Origin: an uncultured Acidobacteriota bacterium | Lineage (GTDB): Bacteria; Acidobacteriota; Thermoanaerobaculia; Multivoradales; UBA5704 | Assembly: GCA_963770895.1 (NCBI GenBank) | Contig: CAVYRF010000002.1 | Coordinates: 4,672,001 to 4,736,000 of the forward strand | Direction: 5' to 3' | Length of the DNA: 64,000 nt | Part shown: one piece after another, positions 28,535-37,430 of the stretch | Layout: each line of letters opens with the position of its first letter | Position numbering within the stretch: position 1 is the first letter of the stretch | Notes under the pieces: model-generated | The model's database searches: none | The model's input: only the letters and a program-made list of their open reading frames with translations | What the model was told of the DNA's origin: nothing | Program-made: the position numbers and the translations under genes

Positions 28535-30528
28535 CGCTGGCCGCTCCCGCCTATCGCGCTCCGCGGCGCCGGTACTGTCGCCGGCGCCAGCCCACGATTC
28601 GGCAAATCCGCTCCAGTGTCCGACGACCCCGGCTCGCGGTCACGGTCCGGCGACGCCGGTCCCTGCTCGGCCGCTGCCGCAGCCTCGGCGCCGGTGTCGC
28701 CGGTGTCGGCGGAGCTGGGCGCGACGGTGCGGAAGCGCTGCATGCAGGCGGTCTGGAGGCGCCAGGGGTGGGGTGGGGCGCCGTCGGGGATGGCGGCCAC
28801 GCGGGCGGCGATCGCCGCCGGGTCGAAGTCGAAGCGGCGCAGATCGATGGCGCTGACGAAGTCCGCCGAGAGCGCGCGCGGGTCGCCGCTGACCACGGCG
28901 CTGGCGTGGGCGACGATGAAGCGCGCCAGCTCTTCGAGGTTGTCGAGCTGCTCGGTCAGGACCGGGCGCGCCTCCTGGGCCGTCAGGCCGACGCGGTAGA
29001 AGCAGGCTTCGGCGGCGCGCAGGTGGCCGAACTCGTAGAAGTCGAAGTGGCGCGGCGCGGCGGCCGCGGCGGCGGTGTCCGGCGACTGTCCGGCGTGCTG
29101 GTTTTTCCAGCGGTAGAAGCCGACCAGGAAGGCGTGCAGGTTGCGATTGGTCGGTCCCAGACGGGCGAAGTGGCGCAGGAACGAGGGGATGAACTGGCGG
29201 TCGGTGAACAGGTCGTTGATGAACGGAAAGACGAAGAACGAAAAGTAGACGCTGAGCTCCCAGACGTAGCGCAGGGTGAAGACCTCCTGGTCGCCCAGGA
29301 CTTCGTAGCTGACGGCGAAGCTGGGCACGTAGGCTTCGTAGACCCAGCGCGCCAGCTCTTCGTAGAGGCGCACCTTGCCGGCGAGCTCCCGCGCGTCGTC
29401 GGTCAGGATGGCGTCGACCACCAGGGTGTTGTAGATCGAGATCAGGTCGCCGCCCGGGCTGTACAGCGGGTCGGAGAAGCGGCAGGCTTCGCCGCACATC
29501 GCCCACCGCGCGGCCGACAGGGTTTGCGAGCTGTCCAGGGCGAAATCGACGTAGCCGCCCCAATCCACCACCTTGCGCTGCGGCAGGTCGCGCGCGAACA
29601 TCGGATACTGGCGGCAGACCCATTCGATCATCTTGTCCGGCGTCGCCACCTGCTCGCGCGGCACCAGGTTGCGGTCGTAGACCAGGCCCAGGCTGGTCTT
29701 GCCGTGCAGCGGGATGGTCCAGAACCAGTAGCCTTCGCCGCAAAAGTGATTGGTTGCCAGGAACGCCGGCAGGTGGCCGAGCGCCGCGCGATCGCGGCGC
29801 TTGCGCACGCCGGGCGCGTCCAGGTCGGTGAGGCGCTCGATGTCCACCAGCCCTTCGACCCAGCAGAACGTCGTGCCGTGGTGGATCGGGCTGGGGGCGA
29901 CCAGCTTGCGGCGCCGCGCCAGGACCCGCGCCCGCCCCGAGGCATCGACCACCCACGCCGCGCGTCCCGCGATCTCGCGGTCGCCGCTGCGAAAGCGGAA
30001 GCGATGGCCGCCAGCGCTGCGGGCGCTGCCGGTGTCGCCAGTACCCGAGCCGTCGGCCGCATCGGTGGCGTCGCCGGCCTGGACGCCGGCGGCGTCGTCC
30101 AGCTGGATGTCCAGCCCCTCGGTGGGGGCGTGCAGCTCGAAGCGCGGCGACAGCAGATTGACGCGCAACAGCTCGGCTTCGAAGGCATTGCGGTCCAGCT
30201 GGTAGGTGGCGATGTTGGAAAGGCCGCGGATGTAGGACTGGCTGAGCTCTTCGTAGCGGTCCGCCGCGCCCGCCGGCCCCGGCCAGTAGAAGCGCAGGTT
30301 GTACTTGAGGTAGTGCTCGCACAGCAGGTGCTCTTCCATCTGCAGCACGCGCGAATAGTAGTAGCCGCTCACCTGCACCGTCGCTTCGCCCACCTTCTGC
30401 CGCGCCGGCGGCAGGGGACGGCGATCGACCAGCAGCACCCGCCGGTCGGAATACAGCAGCAGCTGCCGGGCCAGGGAGAGCCCCGCCAGGCCGCCGCCGA
30501 CGATCAGCACGTCCACCTGCTGGGTCAT
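28531..30528 (-). CDS. Flavin-dependent halogenase-family protein
   Basis: IVGGGLAG, KVGEAT, YLKYNLRF (candidate catalytic Lys), VDASGR, WFWTIP (WxWxIP), FSDPLYSPG. Confidence 0.8.
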   Translation of the reverse strand: MTQQVDVLIVGGGLAGLSLARQLLLYSDRRVLLVDRRPLPPARQKVGEATVQVSGYYYSRVLQMEEHLLCEHYLKYNLRFYWPGPAGAADRYEELSQSYIRGLSNIATYQLDRNAFEAELLRVNLLSPRFELHAPTEGLDIQLDDAAGVQAGDATDAADGSGTGDTGSARSAGGHRFRFRSGDREIAGRAAWVVDASGRARVLARRRKLVAPSPIHHGTTFCWVEGLVDIERLTDLDAPGVRKRRDRAALGHLPAFLATNHFCGEGYWFWTIPLHGKTSLGLVYDRNLVPREQVATPDKMIEWVCRQYPMFARDLPQRKVVDWGGYVDFALDSSQTLSAARWAMCGEACRFSDPLYSPGGDLISIYNTLVVDAILTDDARELAGKVRLYEELARWVYEAYVPSFAVSYEVLGDQEVFTLRYVWELSVYFSFFVFPFINDLFTDRQFIPSFLRHFARLGPTNRNLHAFLVGFYRWKNQHAGQSPDTAAAAAAPRHFDFYEFGHLRAAEACFYRVGLTAQEARPVLTEQLDNLEELARFIVAHASAVVSGDPRALSADFVSAIDLRRFDFDPAAIAARVAAIPDGAPPHPWRLQTACMQRFRTVAPSSADTGDTGAEAAAAAEQGPASPDRDREPGSSDTGADLPNRGLAPATVPAPRSAIGGSGQR

Positions 30529-31895
30529 GGTGCCTCCTCCTGGCCGACGCTGCCGAAGATCAGGGCCGCGCAGTGGCCGTCGGCGCTGATCGCCGTCGCC
30601 AGCGCCCGCCGCGTGCCGCCGCCCGCCGCCGGGGGCAGCTGCCGGCTGGCGGCGGACAGCCCGGCGAGCGGCAGGCCGGGCTCGACGCGCTGCAGGCCGG
30701 CGATGCCCGGCACCAGCCCGTCGGCGAAGGTTTCCACCAGGTCGATCGCCTGCCAGGCGCCGCTCGCTCCCATGCCTTCGCCGAGCATCGCCTTGACGGC
30801 GGCGGCAGGCAGCTGGACCGGCGCCGTCGCCGCGCCCAGGCCGGCGGCGATGCCCAGCGCTTCGGCGCGGTCGATCACCGGGCTGCCGCTGGCGGAGGTG
30901 GAGAGAAAGTCGATGTCGCCGGGCGCCAGGCCGGCGTCGGCCAGCGCCAGGTGCACGGCGCGCGCCAGCGCCTCGGCCAGGGCGGCGCTCCCCACGGGCG
31001 CGCTCAGGCGGTCGGCGTCGTCGCTGGCATTGCCGCCATGACCGCCATTGTCGCCGCCGCGGTCGCCGTCGCCAGCGGCAGCGTCGCCGGCGGCAAAGGC
31101 GGCGCCCCAGCCCAGCACCTCGGCGCGCGGCACCGCCCGGCGCGCCGCCGCCGCGGCGCCGTCTTCGAGCATCAGCAGGCCGGCGCCTTCGGAGAGGCTG
31201 AAGCCGTTGCGGTGCTCGTCGAACGGCACCGGCCGCTCGCCGGGCGCGCCGCCGCGGCGCGTGCCGCACAGGCGCTCGGCGCGCGCGTGGCTGATGAACG
31301 ATTCGAAGCAGAGCTCTTCGACGCCGCCGGCGAGCACCGCCTTGGCGCGGCCGGTGCGCACCAGCTCGGCGGCTTGCGCGATGGCCAGCAGCCCGGACGC
31401 CTCGCCCGCGGCGAGCGTCGAGTTGACGCCGCGCAGGTGGTGCCAGATGGCGGTCTGGCCGGCGGCGGCGTTGATGACGCTGTTGGCGAATTCGAACGGG
31501 CTGGCGTGGGTCGGCCCCAGCTGCTTGGCGCGGCGGTCGAATTCGGCGATGGTGCGCAGGCTGCAAAAGGTGGTGCCGGCCACCAGGCCCACCTCGCCCT
31601 GGGCGCGCTCCGCTTCGCTCCAGCCGCTGGCGGCGAGCGCCAGCTGCGCCGCCACCACCAGCAGCCGCGACGTGCGGTCGAGCGGGCGCAGGTTGCGCTC
31701 GCCGACGTAGGACTGCGGGTCGAAGGGGCGGATCTCGCCGCCCTGCTGGGGGCCCAGGACGGCGGTGGCGAACAGCTCGATGGGGCGGCGCGCGACGACG
31801 CCCTGGGCCAGCGCCCGGTGCATGGCGGCCGGCGCATCGCCGAGCGGCGACAGCACGCCCGCGCCGGTGATCACCACCCGCCGCGGCGACGTCAC
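30525..31895 (-). CDS. Type II PKS chain-length factor (inactive KS, polyene/highly-reducing type)
   Basis: KS fold with Cys replaced (AGEASG), no HGTGT (SASGS), KAMLGE; FANSVINAAAGQTAIWHHLRGVNST. Confidence 0.82.
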   Translation of the reverse strand: MTSPRRVVITGAGVLSPLGDAPAAMHRALAQGVVARRPIELFATAVLGPQQGGEIRPFDPQSYVGERNLRPLDRTSRLLVVAAQLALAASGWSEAERAQGEVGLVAGTTFCSLRTIAEFDRRAKQLGPTHASPFEFANSVINAAAGQTAIWHHLRGVNSTLAAGEASGLLAIAQAAELVRTGRAKAVLAGGVEELCFESFISHARAERLCGTRRGGAPGERPVPFDEHRNGFSLSEGAGLLMLEDGAAAAARRAVPRAEVLGWGAAFAAGDAAAGDGDRGGDNGGHGGNASDDADRLSAPVGSAALAEALARAVHLALADAGLAPGDIDFLSTSASGSPVIDRAEALGIAAGLGAATAPVQLPAAAVKAMLGEGMGASGAWQAIDLVETFADGLVPGIAGLQRVEPGLPLAGLSAASRQLPPAAGGGTRRALATAISADGHCAALIFGSVGQEEAP

Positions 31896-33157
31896 GCCAC
31901 CGCCTTGCGGAAGATCGTCGACGCGTTGTTGCCGCCAAAGGCGTAGGCGTTGTTCATCGCCACCTGGACGCGGTGGTCGCGCGCCGCGTTCGGCACGAAG
32001 TCGAGGTCCCCCTCCGCCTCCGTCATCCCCATCGTCGGCGGGATGCGATCGCCGGCGACCGCCAGCGCGCACACCGCCGCCTCGATCGCCGAGGCGGCGC
32101 CCATGGTGTGGCCGATCATCGATTTGACCGAGCTGATCGGCACCCGCGCGCCGGCGCCGAAGACCTGCCCCACGGCGGCGATCTCCAGGCGGTCGTTGGT
32201 CGGCGTGCCGGTGCCGTGGGCGCTGATGTAGCTGACGTCGGCCGCCGTCACGCCGGCGTCGGCCAGCGCGTGCCGCATGGCGCGCACGGCGCCCTCCGCC
32301 TGGGGGTGCGCGGCGGTCATGTGGTGGGCGTCGCACGACAGGCCGTAGCCGGCGATCTCGGCGTAGATGCGTGCCCCGCGGCGGCGGGCCGCCGCCAGCG
32401 GCTCGAGCGCCAGGACCGCCGCCCCCTCGCCGGGGATCATGCCCTTGCGGTGGCGGTCGAACGGCTGGCAGCGTTCGGGCGCGATGGCGCCCAGGCGGGC
32501 GAAGCCGGTGTAGGTGATGCGCGAAAAGGCGTCGGCGCCGCCGGCCAGCATCAGGTCGGCGCGGCCGGCGCGCAGGATGTCCATGGCGTGCGCCAGGGCG
32601 TGGTTGCCGGCGGCGCAGGCCGCCGGCAGCATGGCGTTCATGCCGGCGAACCCGACTTCGCGCGCCACCTGCGCGGCGATCAGGTGGCAGGGGTAGAGGG
32701 TCATGAAGTCTTCGCCCACCCGCTCCATGTCGCCGGCCAGCAGGTAGTCGTCGAAGCGCTCGATCTCCAGCGGCTCGCCCGAGGTGGTCCCCATCGCCAC
32801 GCCGGCGCGCACGGCGGCGATGCCCGCCCGGTCGAGCGGGCCGCCCGGGCCGGCCAGCGCCGCCGGCGGCAGGTCGCGCGCGCCGTCGAACCCGGCGTCG
32901 GCGAGCGCCAGGCGGGCGGCGGCGATCGCCATCTGCGAAGCGCGGCCCATGCGGCGCGGATCGAGGGTGCGGACAAACGCCTGCGGCGAGAAGTCGCGCA
33001 CCTCGGCGCCCAGGTGCACGGTCATGGCGCTGGTGTCGAAGGAGGCCACCGGCGCGAAGCCCAGGCGGCCGGCCAGCAGCGACTCCCACAGCCGCTCGCG
33101 GCCGGTGCCGACCGGAGTGACCGCGCCGATGCCGGTGACGGCGATGCGCGGCGTCAC
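31892..33157 (-). CDS. Type II PKS / FabF-like ketosynthase
   Basis: Catalytic triad intact: AACAAG, HGTGT, KSMIGHT; NAYAFGGNN. Confidence 0.92.
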   Translation of the reverse strand: MTPRIAVTGIGAVTPVGTGRERLWESLLAGRLGFAPVASFDTSAMTVHLGAEVRDFSPQAFVRTLDPRRMGRASQMAIAAARLALADAGFDGARDLPPAALAGPGGPLDRAGIAAVRAGVAMGTTSGEPLEIERFDDYLLAGDMERVGEDFMTLYPCHLIAAQVAREVGFAGMNAMLPAACAAGNHALAHAMDILRAGRADLMLAGGADAFSRITYTGFARLGAIAPERCQPFDRHRKGMIPGEGAAVLALEPLAAARRRGARIYAEIAGYGLSCDAHHMTAAHPQAEGAVRAMRHALADAGVTAADVSYISAHGTGTPTNDRLEIAAVGQVFGAGARVPISSVKSMIGHTMGAASAIEAAVCALAVAGDRIPPTMGMTEAEGDLDFVPNAARDHRVQVAMNNAYAFGGNNASTIFRKAVA

Positions 33158-33441
33158 TCCGCCGCCACCGCGGACACCGGACTGGCGGCCGCTTGCAGCT
33201 CGGCGTGGCGCTGGATCACCAGGTCGACCAGGCTGGGCAGGTCCTCGATGCCGCGGTACGCCTCGTCAGGCAGGTTGAGCTGGAACGCCAGGTCGACGTC
33301 GACGCCGATCTCCAGCAGCGACAGCGAGTCGAGGTTGAGGTCGGCGCGGAGCTTCGCGTCGTCGCTAATCCGCTCGGGGTTGATGCCGGCGATGCTGCCG
33401 ATGATCTTCTTGACCTTGCCTGTGATCTCGGGGCGATCCAT
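33154..33441 (-). CDS. Acyl carrier protein
   Basis: DLNLDSLSLLEI; RBS AGGAGA; 4-bp overlap with KS. Confidence 0.9.
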   Translation of the reverse strand: MDRPEITGKVKKIIGSIAGINPERISDDAKLRADLNLDSLSLLEIGVDVDLAFQLNLPDEAYRGIEDLPSLVDLVIQRHAELQAAASPVSAVAAE

Positions 33442-33620
33442 GGCGTTCTCCTGTGGGTATGCGGACGTTGCAAAGTCGCGTACGTTGGCGATCCGGCCGG
33501 CTTGCGCCAGGCCGTGAGTCGAGCTCGCGTCGGTGCGGCCGGCAAACGCCGGCGCAGATGCGGCCCTATTCCGATGTTCGGGAAGCGGCCGGCACGACGT
33601 GAGTGTCCGTGATGGCCACG

Positions 33621-33674
33621 ATTATAGGCCATATAGGCGATCTACGTGTCCCATTTGTTACCGACCCCGCGGAA
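33621..33674 (-). promoter_or_regulatory. Putative promoter of the ACP-KS-CLF operon (-10 TATAAT) with a degenerate TetR-box upstream
   Basis: ATTATA at 33621-33626 (TATAAT on minus) in an AT-rich patch; TACCGACCCCGCGGAA at 33659-33674. Confidence 0.4.
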
Positions 33675-33864
33675 GCGTACCTTAACAATAAAGCAGGCGC
33701 ACCTGGCGGCTCGCCTCCGGCTGGCCGCAGGCGGGTGGCGCCGCGCTTCAGTGGACCGGCGCCAGGACCAGGCGGCAGGCGACGGCTCTGTTGTCGAGCT
33801 GGTCGTGGGCGACGCTGGCGGCGTCCAGCGGCAGGACTTCGGAGGGAAGACTAGCGGGCGCGCG

Positions 33865-34272
33865 TCACGACGCCTGGCGCTCCGCCGCCAGGCAGGGGCG
33901 GAACTTGTAGCCGTAGACGATGTAGCCGTGCGGGCCGTTTTCGCGCAGCCGGCGGGTCACCATTTCCACCGGCATGCCGATCGCCACCTGGTCGGGATCG
34001 ACGTCGGTCAGCTGGGCGGTGACGCGGACGCCCTCTTCGAGGTCCACCAGGGCCACCATGTAGGGACCGGAAAAGCCGAGCGGCGGCTGCGCCACCTCGG
34101 CGAACGAATATACCGTGCCGCGGCCGCTGAAACGGTGGGGTGCGGCGTCGCGGCTGCCGCAGGCGCCGCAGGCCGGGCGCGGCGGGAACTGCACGGCGGC
34201 GCAGGCGCGGCACCGCTGCCCCTCCAGGCGGTAGTACGGCGCGGTCAGGCGGTGGTAGCGCGGCAGGTCCAT
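33865..34272 (-). CDS. DUF35 Zn-ribbon/OB-fold protein
   Basis: GQRCRAC...FPPRPACGAC, GTVYSF, PYMVALVDLEEG, IGMPVEMVTRRL, YGYKFRP. Confidence 0.92.
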   Translation of the reverse strand: MDLPRYHRLTAPYYRLEGQRCRACAAVQFPPRPACGACGSRDAAPHRFSGRGTVYSFAEVAQPPLGFSGPYMVALVDLEEGVRVTAQLTDVDPDQVAIGMPVEMVTRRLRENGPHGYIVYGYKFRPCLAAERQAS

Positions 34273-34276
34273 GGCG

Positions 34277-35425
34277 TCAGGCCTCCAGAACGTGGGTCAC
34301 GGCGATCGAGCCGTGGCCGCCGATCGACTGGGTGAGGGCGACGCGCGCGCCCGGCACCTGGTTGGCGCCGGCCTCGCGGCGCAGCTGGGCGGCGGCTTCG
34401 ACGATCTGGTAGGCGCCGCTCGCCCCCACCGGGTGCCCGCGCGCCTTGAGGCCGCCGCAGGTCGACAGCGGCACGCAGCCGCCGTTTGCGAAGCACCCGT
34501 GGGCGGCGCGCTTGAGCGCTTCGCCGCGGGGGGCGAAGCCGCAGGCTTCGAGCGACAGGGCGGTGATGATGGTGAAGGCGTCGTGGGCCTCGAAGAAATT
34601 GCAATCCTTGGGCGCGAAGCCGCTGGCCGCGAACGCCTTTTCCGCCGAGCGGCGGGCGGCGGCCAGGGTCAGCAGGTCGGCGCGGCCGGCCAGGCCGATG
34701 GTGTCGGTGGCGACGGCCGAGGCGGCGATGCGCACCTGGCGGTGCTCGGGGCGCAGCGCCGGGCGGGCGCAGACCACCACCGCCGCGGCGCCGTCGCACA
34801 CCGGCGCGGCGTCCAGCACGCCGATGGGGGCGGCCACCTGCGGCGAGCGGGCGAACTGTTCGCGCGAGATGGGCTCGCGGAACATCGCGTTGGCGTTGGC
34901 CGCGGCGTTGCGGTGGGCGTTGACCGCGAAGGGCGCAAACTCTTCGCGGCTGGCGCCCGTCTCGTGCATGTAGCGCCGCATGAGCAGCGCCGAGAGCGCC
35001 ACGAACGACAGGCCGTGGCTGGCTTCGAAGTCGCCGTCGGCGGCGGTGGCCAGGCCGCCGGTCACCTGGTCGGAGACGGCGTCGGTCATCTTTTCGACCC
35101 CCACCGCCACCGCCACGTCGTGGACGCCGGCCGCCACCGCCAGGGTCGCGGCGCGCACCGCCGCCGCCCCCGAAGCGCAGGCGGCCTCCACCTTCCAGGC
35201 TTCCGCCGGCAGCAGCCCGGCGGCGTCGGCCAGCAGGGCGCCCAGGTTTTCCTGGCCGTTGAGCGCGCCGCCCAGCATGTTGCCGGCGTAGAGCGCGTCC
35301 ACCGCTTCGATGCCGGCGTCGGCCAGGGCGGCGCGCACGGCGGCCGCTCCCAGGTCGCGCAGGCCCAGGCCCCAATGCTCTCCCACCGGCGTCTGGCCGG
35401 CGCCGACGATGAAGACGTCTCTCAT
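34277..35425 (-). CDS. Archaeal-type (SCP-x-like) acetoacetyl-CoA thiolase
   Basis: VEAACASG, GVEKMTD, EAHDAFT, GGLKARGHPVGASG. Confidence 0.9.
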   Translation of the reverse strand: MRDVFIVGAGQTPVGEHWGLGLRDLGAAAVRAALADAGIEAVDALYAGNMLGGALNGQENLGALLADAAGLLPAEAWKVEAACASGAAAVRAATLAVAAGVHDVAVAVGVEKMTDAVSDQVTGGLATAADGDFEASHGLSFVALSALLMRRYMHETGASREEFAPFAVNAHRNAAANANAMFREPISREQFARSPQVAAPIGVLDAAPVCDGAAAVVVCARPALRPEHRQVRIAASAVATDTIGLAGRADLLTLAAARRSAEKAFAASGFAPKDCNFFEAHDAFTIITALSLEACGFAPRGEALKRAAHGCFANGGCVPLSTCGGLKARGHPVGASGAYQIVEAAAQLRREAGANQVPGARVALTQSIGGHGSIAVTHVLEA

Positions 35426-36489
35426 GCGCGCCGGATCTTTCCCCGCAGCCGCAGGTATTGGCCGTAGCCGTCGACCAGGCGCCGGCGGTCCAGGTAGTTG
35501 GCGACGGTGGGGCCGGCGCGGCGCGCGGCGATGCGCTCCGTCACCTCGAAGGAGAAAGCATCGCTGCCGGCCCCCGAGCCGTAGGAGCAGAAAAAGATCC
35601 GCTCGCCGGGCCGGGCCACGTCCAGAACCGCCGCCAGGCCGAGCAGCGACGAGCCCGAATAGGCGTTGCCCATGCGCGTCGCCACCAGGCCGGTGGCGAT
35701 CTGCTGGCGCGCGAAGCCCAGCTCGGCCGCGGCTTTTTCGACGAACTTGGGCACCGGCTGGTGGAACACGGCGTGGGCAAAGTCGCGCGGCTGGCGCCCC
35801 ACTTCGGCCAGCAGGCGCCGCGACGCCGCCAACGTGTGATGAAAGTAGGAAGGCTCGCCGGTGAAGCGGCCGCCGTGCTCGGGATAGTGCGCCGCCTCGC
35901 GGCGGAAAAAGTCCGGCGTGTCGGTGACGTGCGACACCGACGCTTCGACCACCGCCAGGGCGTCCGCGGCGTCGCCGAACAGGTAGGCGGCGCCGCCGCA
36001 GCCGGCGGTGTACTCCAGGGCGTCGCCGGGCTTGGCCTGCGCCGTGTCCATGCCGATGGCGAGCGCCGCTTCGACCATGCCCGAGCCGACGAAGGCCACC
36101 GCCGCCTGCATCGCTTCGCTGCCCGCCTTGCAGGCAAACTCCATGTCGGCGGCTACCACGTGCGGCGTGATCCCCAGCGCTTCGGCCACCACCGTCGCCG
36201 AAGGCTTGACCGCGTAGGGCTTCGATTCCGTCCCCACCCACACGGCGCCGATCTGGCGCTGCACCGCGTCGCGGTCGAGCGCGGCGCCGGCGCGGTCGAG
36301 CGCCGTGCGCGCCGCTTCGATCGCCATCGTCACCACGTCTTCGTCGGCCGCGGCCACCGACTTTTCGGCCACCGCCGGCGCGGCGCTGCCGCGCGCCCGC
36401 CAGGTGGCGGCGATGTCGGCGGTGCGCACGCGCAGGCGCGGCACGTAGGCGCCGTAGCCGGTGATCCCGACGGCGCGTTGCGATCTCAT
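35422..36489 (-). CDS. Archaeal-type hydroxymethylglutaryl-CoA synthase
   Basis: GTESKPYAVKP, DMEFACKAG (catalytic Cys), TDTPDFFRR, RFTGEPSYF, FHQP, GNAYSGSS, SYGSGAGSDAF. Confidence 0.9.
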   Translation of the reverse strand: MRSQRAVGITGYGAYVPRLRVRTADIAATWRARGSAAPAVAEKSVAAADEDVVTMAIEAARTALDRAGAALDRDAVQRQIGAVWVGTESKPYAVKPSATVVAEALGITPHVVAADMEFACKAGSEAMQAAVAFVGSGMVEAALAIGMDTAQAKPGDALEYTAGCGGAAYLFGDAADALAVVEASVSHVTDTPDFFRREAAHYPEHGGRFTGEPSYFHHTLAASRRLLAEVGRQPRDFAHAVFHQPVPKFVEKAAAELGFARQQIATGLVATRMGNAYSGSSLLGLAAVLDVARPGERIFFCSYGSGAGSDAFSFEVTERIAARRAGPTVANYLDRRRLVDGYGQYLRLRGKIRRA

Positions 36490-37238
36490 CGTGCAGGCCC
36501 TTTCGGGGTGGCCGGCGGCGCTGGCGCCGCTGAAGAGTGGCCGGCCGGAGCGCGCGGGCGGCGCGGTTTTTGCGCCGGGCGGCGGCGCGCGCGGCGCGCG
36601 GTGGGAGTGGCGGCGGCGGCGCCGGCGGTCGACGGCGCGATCTCCAGGCCGCCGAAAAACAGGTCGAGCATGTCGGCGGCCAGGCGGTCGGCCGGGATCT
36701 TGCCGTCGGGGCGAAACCATTTGTAGATCCACAGCACCATGCCGAGAAACGAGAACGCCGCCACCCGCGGCTCGACCGGGCGGATGCGCCCTTCGCGCAG
36801 CGCCTCTTCGAACGAGGCTTCCAGGAAGTGCACGTAGCGCTTCTTGCGGGCGTTGATCTGCTGCCGCGCCGCGCCGGTCAGGGTTTCGTGCTCGTGCAGG
36901 ATGATGGTGACCTCCTTGCTCCAGCCCTCGGTCACCAGATGGATGTTCTTTTCCATGCACGCCTTCAACCGCTCGACCGGATCGGCGATCGCCAGCACCG
37001 GCAGCAGCACCTGCTCTTCGAAGATATCCATGCCGTAGCTCATGATTTCGAGCAGCAGGTCTTCCTTGCTACGGATGTAGTAATACAGCCCGGCCTTGGT
37101 CAGCCCGCAGGCTTCGGCGATGTCGTTCACCGACGCCGCTTCGTACCCCTTGTCGCAGATCAGCCGCGCCGCCGTCTCCAGCACCGCCCGATGCCGCTCG
37201 CGATGGACATCCGACCCCGCCTCCGGCGTGCGCGCCAC
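36486..37238 (-). CDS. TetR/AcrR-family regulator
   Basis: KGYEAASVNDIAEACGLTKAGLYYYIRSKEDLL; C-terminal WIYKWFRPDG (KstR2/PaaR-like). Confidence 0.92.
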   Translation of the reverse strand: MARTPEAGSDVHRERHRAVLETAARLICDKGYEAASVNDIAEACGLTKAGLYYYIRSKEDLLLEIMSYGMDIFEEQVLLPVLAIADPVERLKACMEKNIHLVTEGWSKEVTIILHEHETLTGAARQQINARKKRYVHFLEASFEEALREGRIRPVEPRVAAFSFLGMVLWIYKWFRPDGKIPADRLAADMLDLFFGGLEIAPSTAGAAAATPTARRARRRPAQKPRRPRAPAGHSSAAPAPPATPKGPAR

Positions 37239-37255
37239 GGAAAATTCCTTTCAGA

Positions 37256-37293
37256 TACCGACCACTCGGTAGAATTCTACCGATCGGTCGGTA
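37256..37293. promoter_or_regulatory. Tandem palindromic TetR operator
   Basis: TACCGACCACTCGGTA-GAATTC-TACCGATCGGTCGGTA, 18 bp upstream of the tetR start. Confidence 0.8.
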
Positions 37294-37430
37294 GTCTAGG
37301 TCCGCCATTCCCGGACTGTCAAGGGCGCCCGGAACGTGCGGGGGAGCGTGCCGGCGTTGGGGTCTGGTATCGTGCCGGTCGCCTGGTGCGGCGGCGGAGG
37401 AGCCGCGGTGCGGCGGGCGCCTGGGAATTC

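Noticed and set aside
30525-33441. Aromatic type II PKS or ordinary fatty acid synthesis operon
   Set aside because: No cyclases or aromatases, the CLF motifs are not of the aromatic type, and there is no fabD/fabG/fabH context
33865-37238. DAPG (phlACBD) cluster
   Set aside because: The HMGS keeps its catalytic Cys, unlike PhlA, and there is no type III PKS (phlD)
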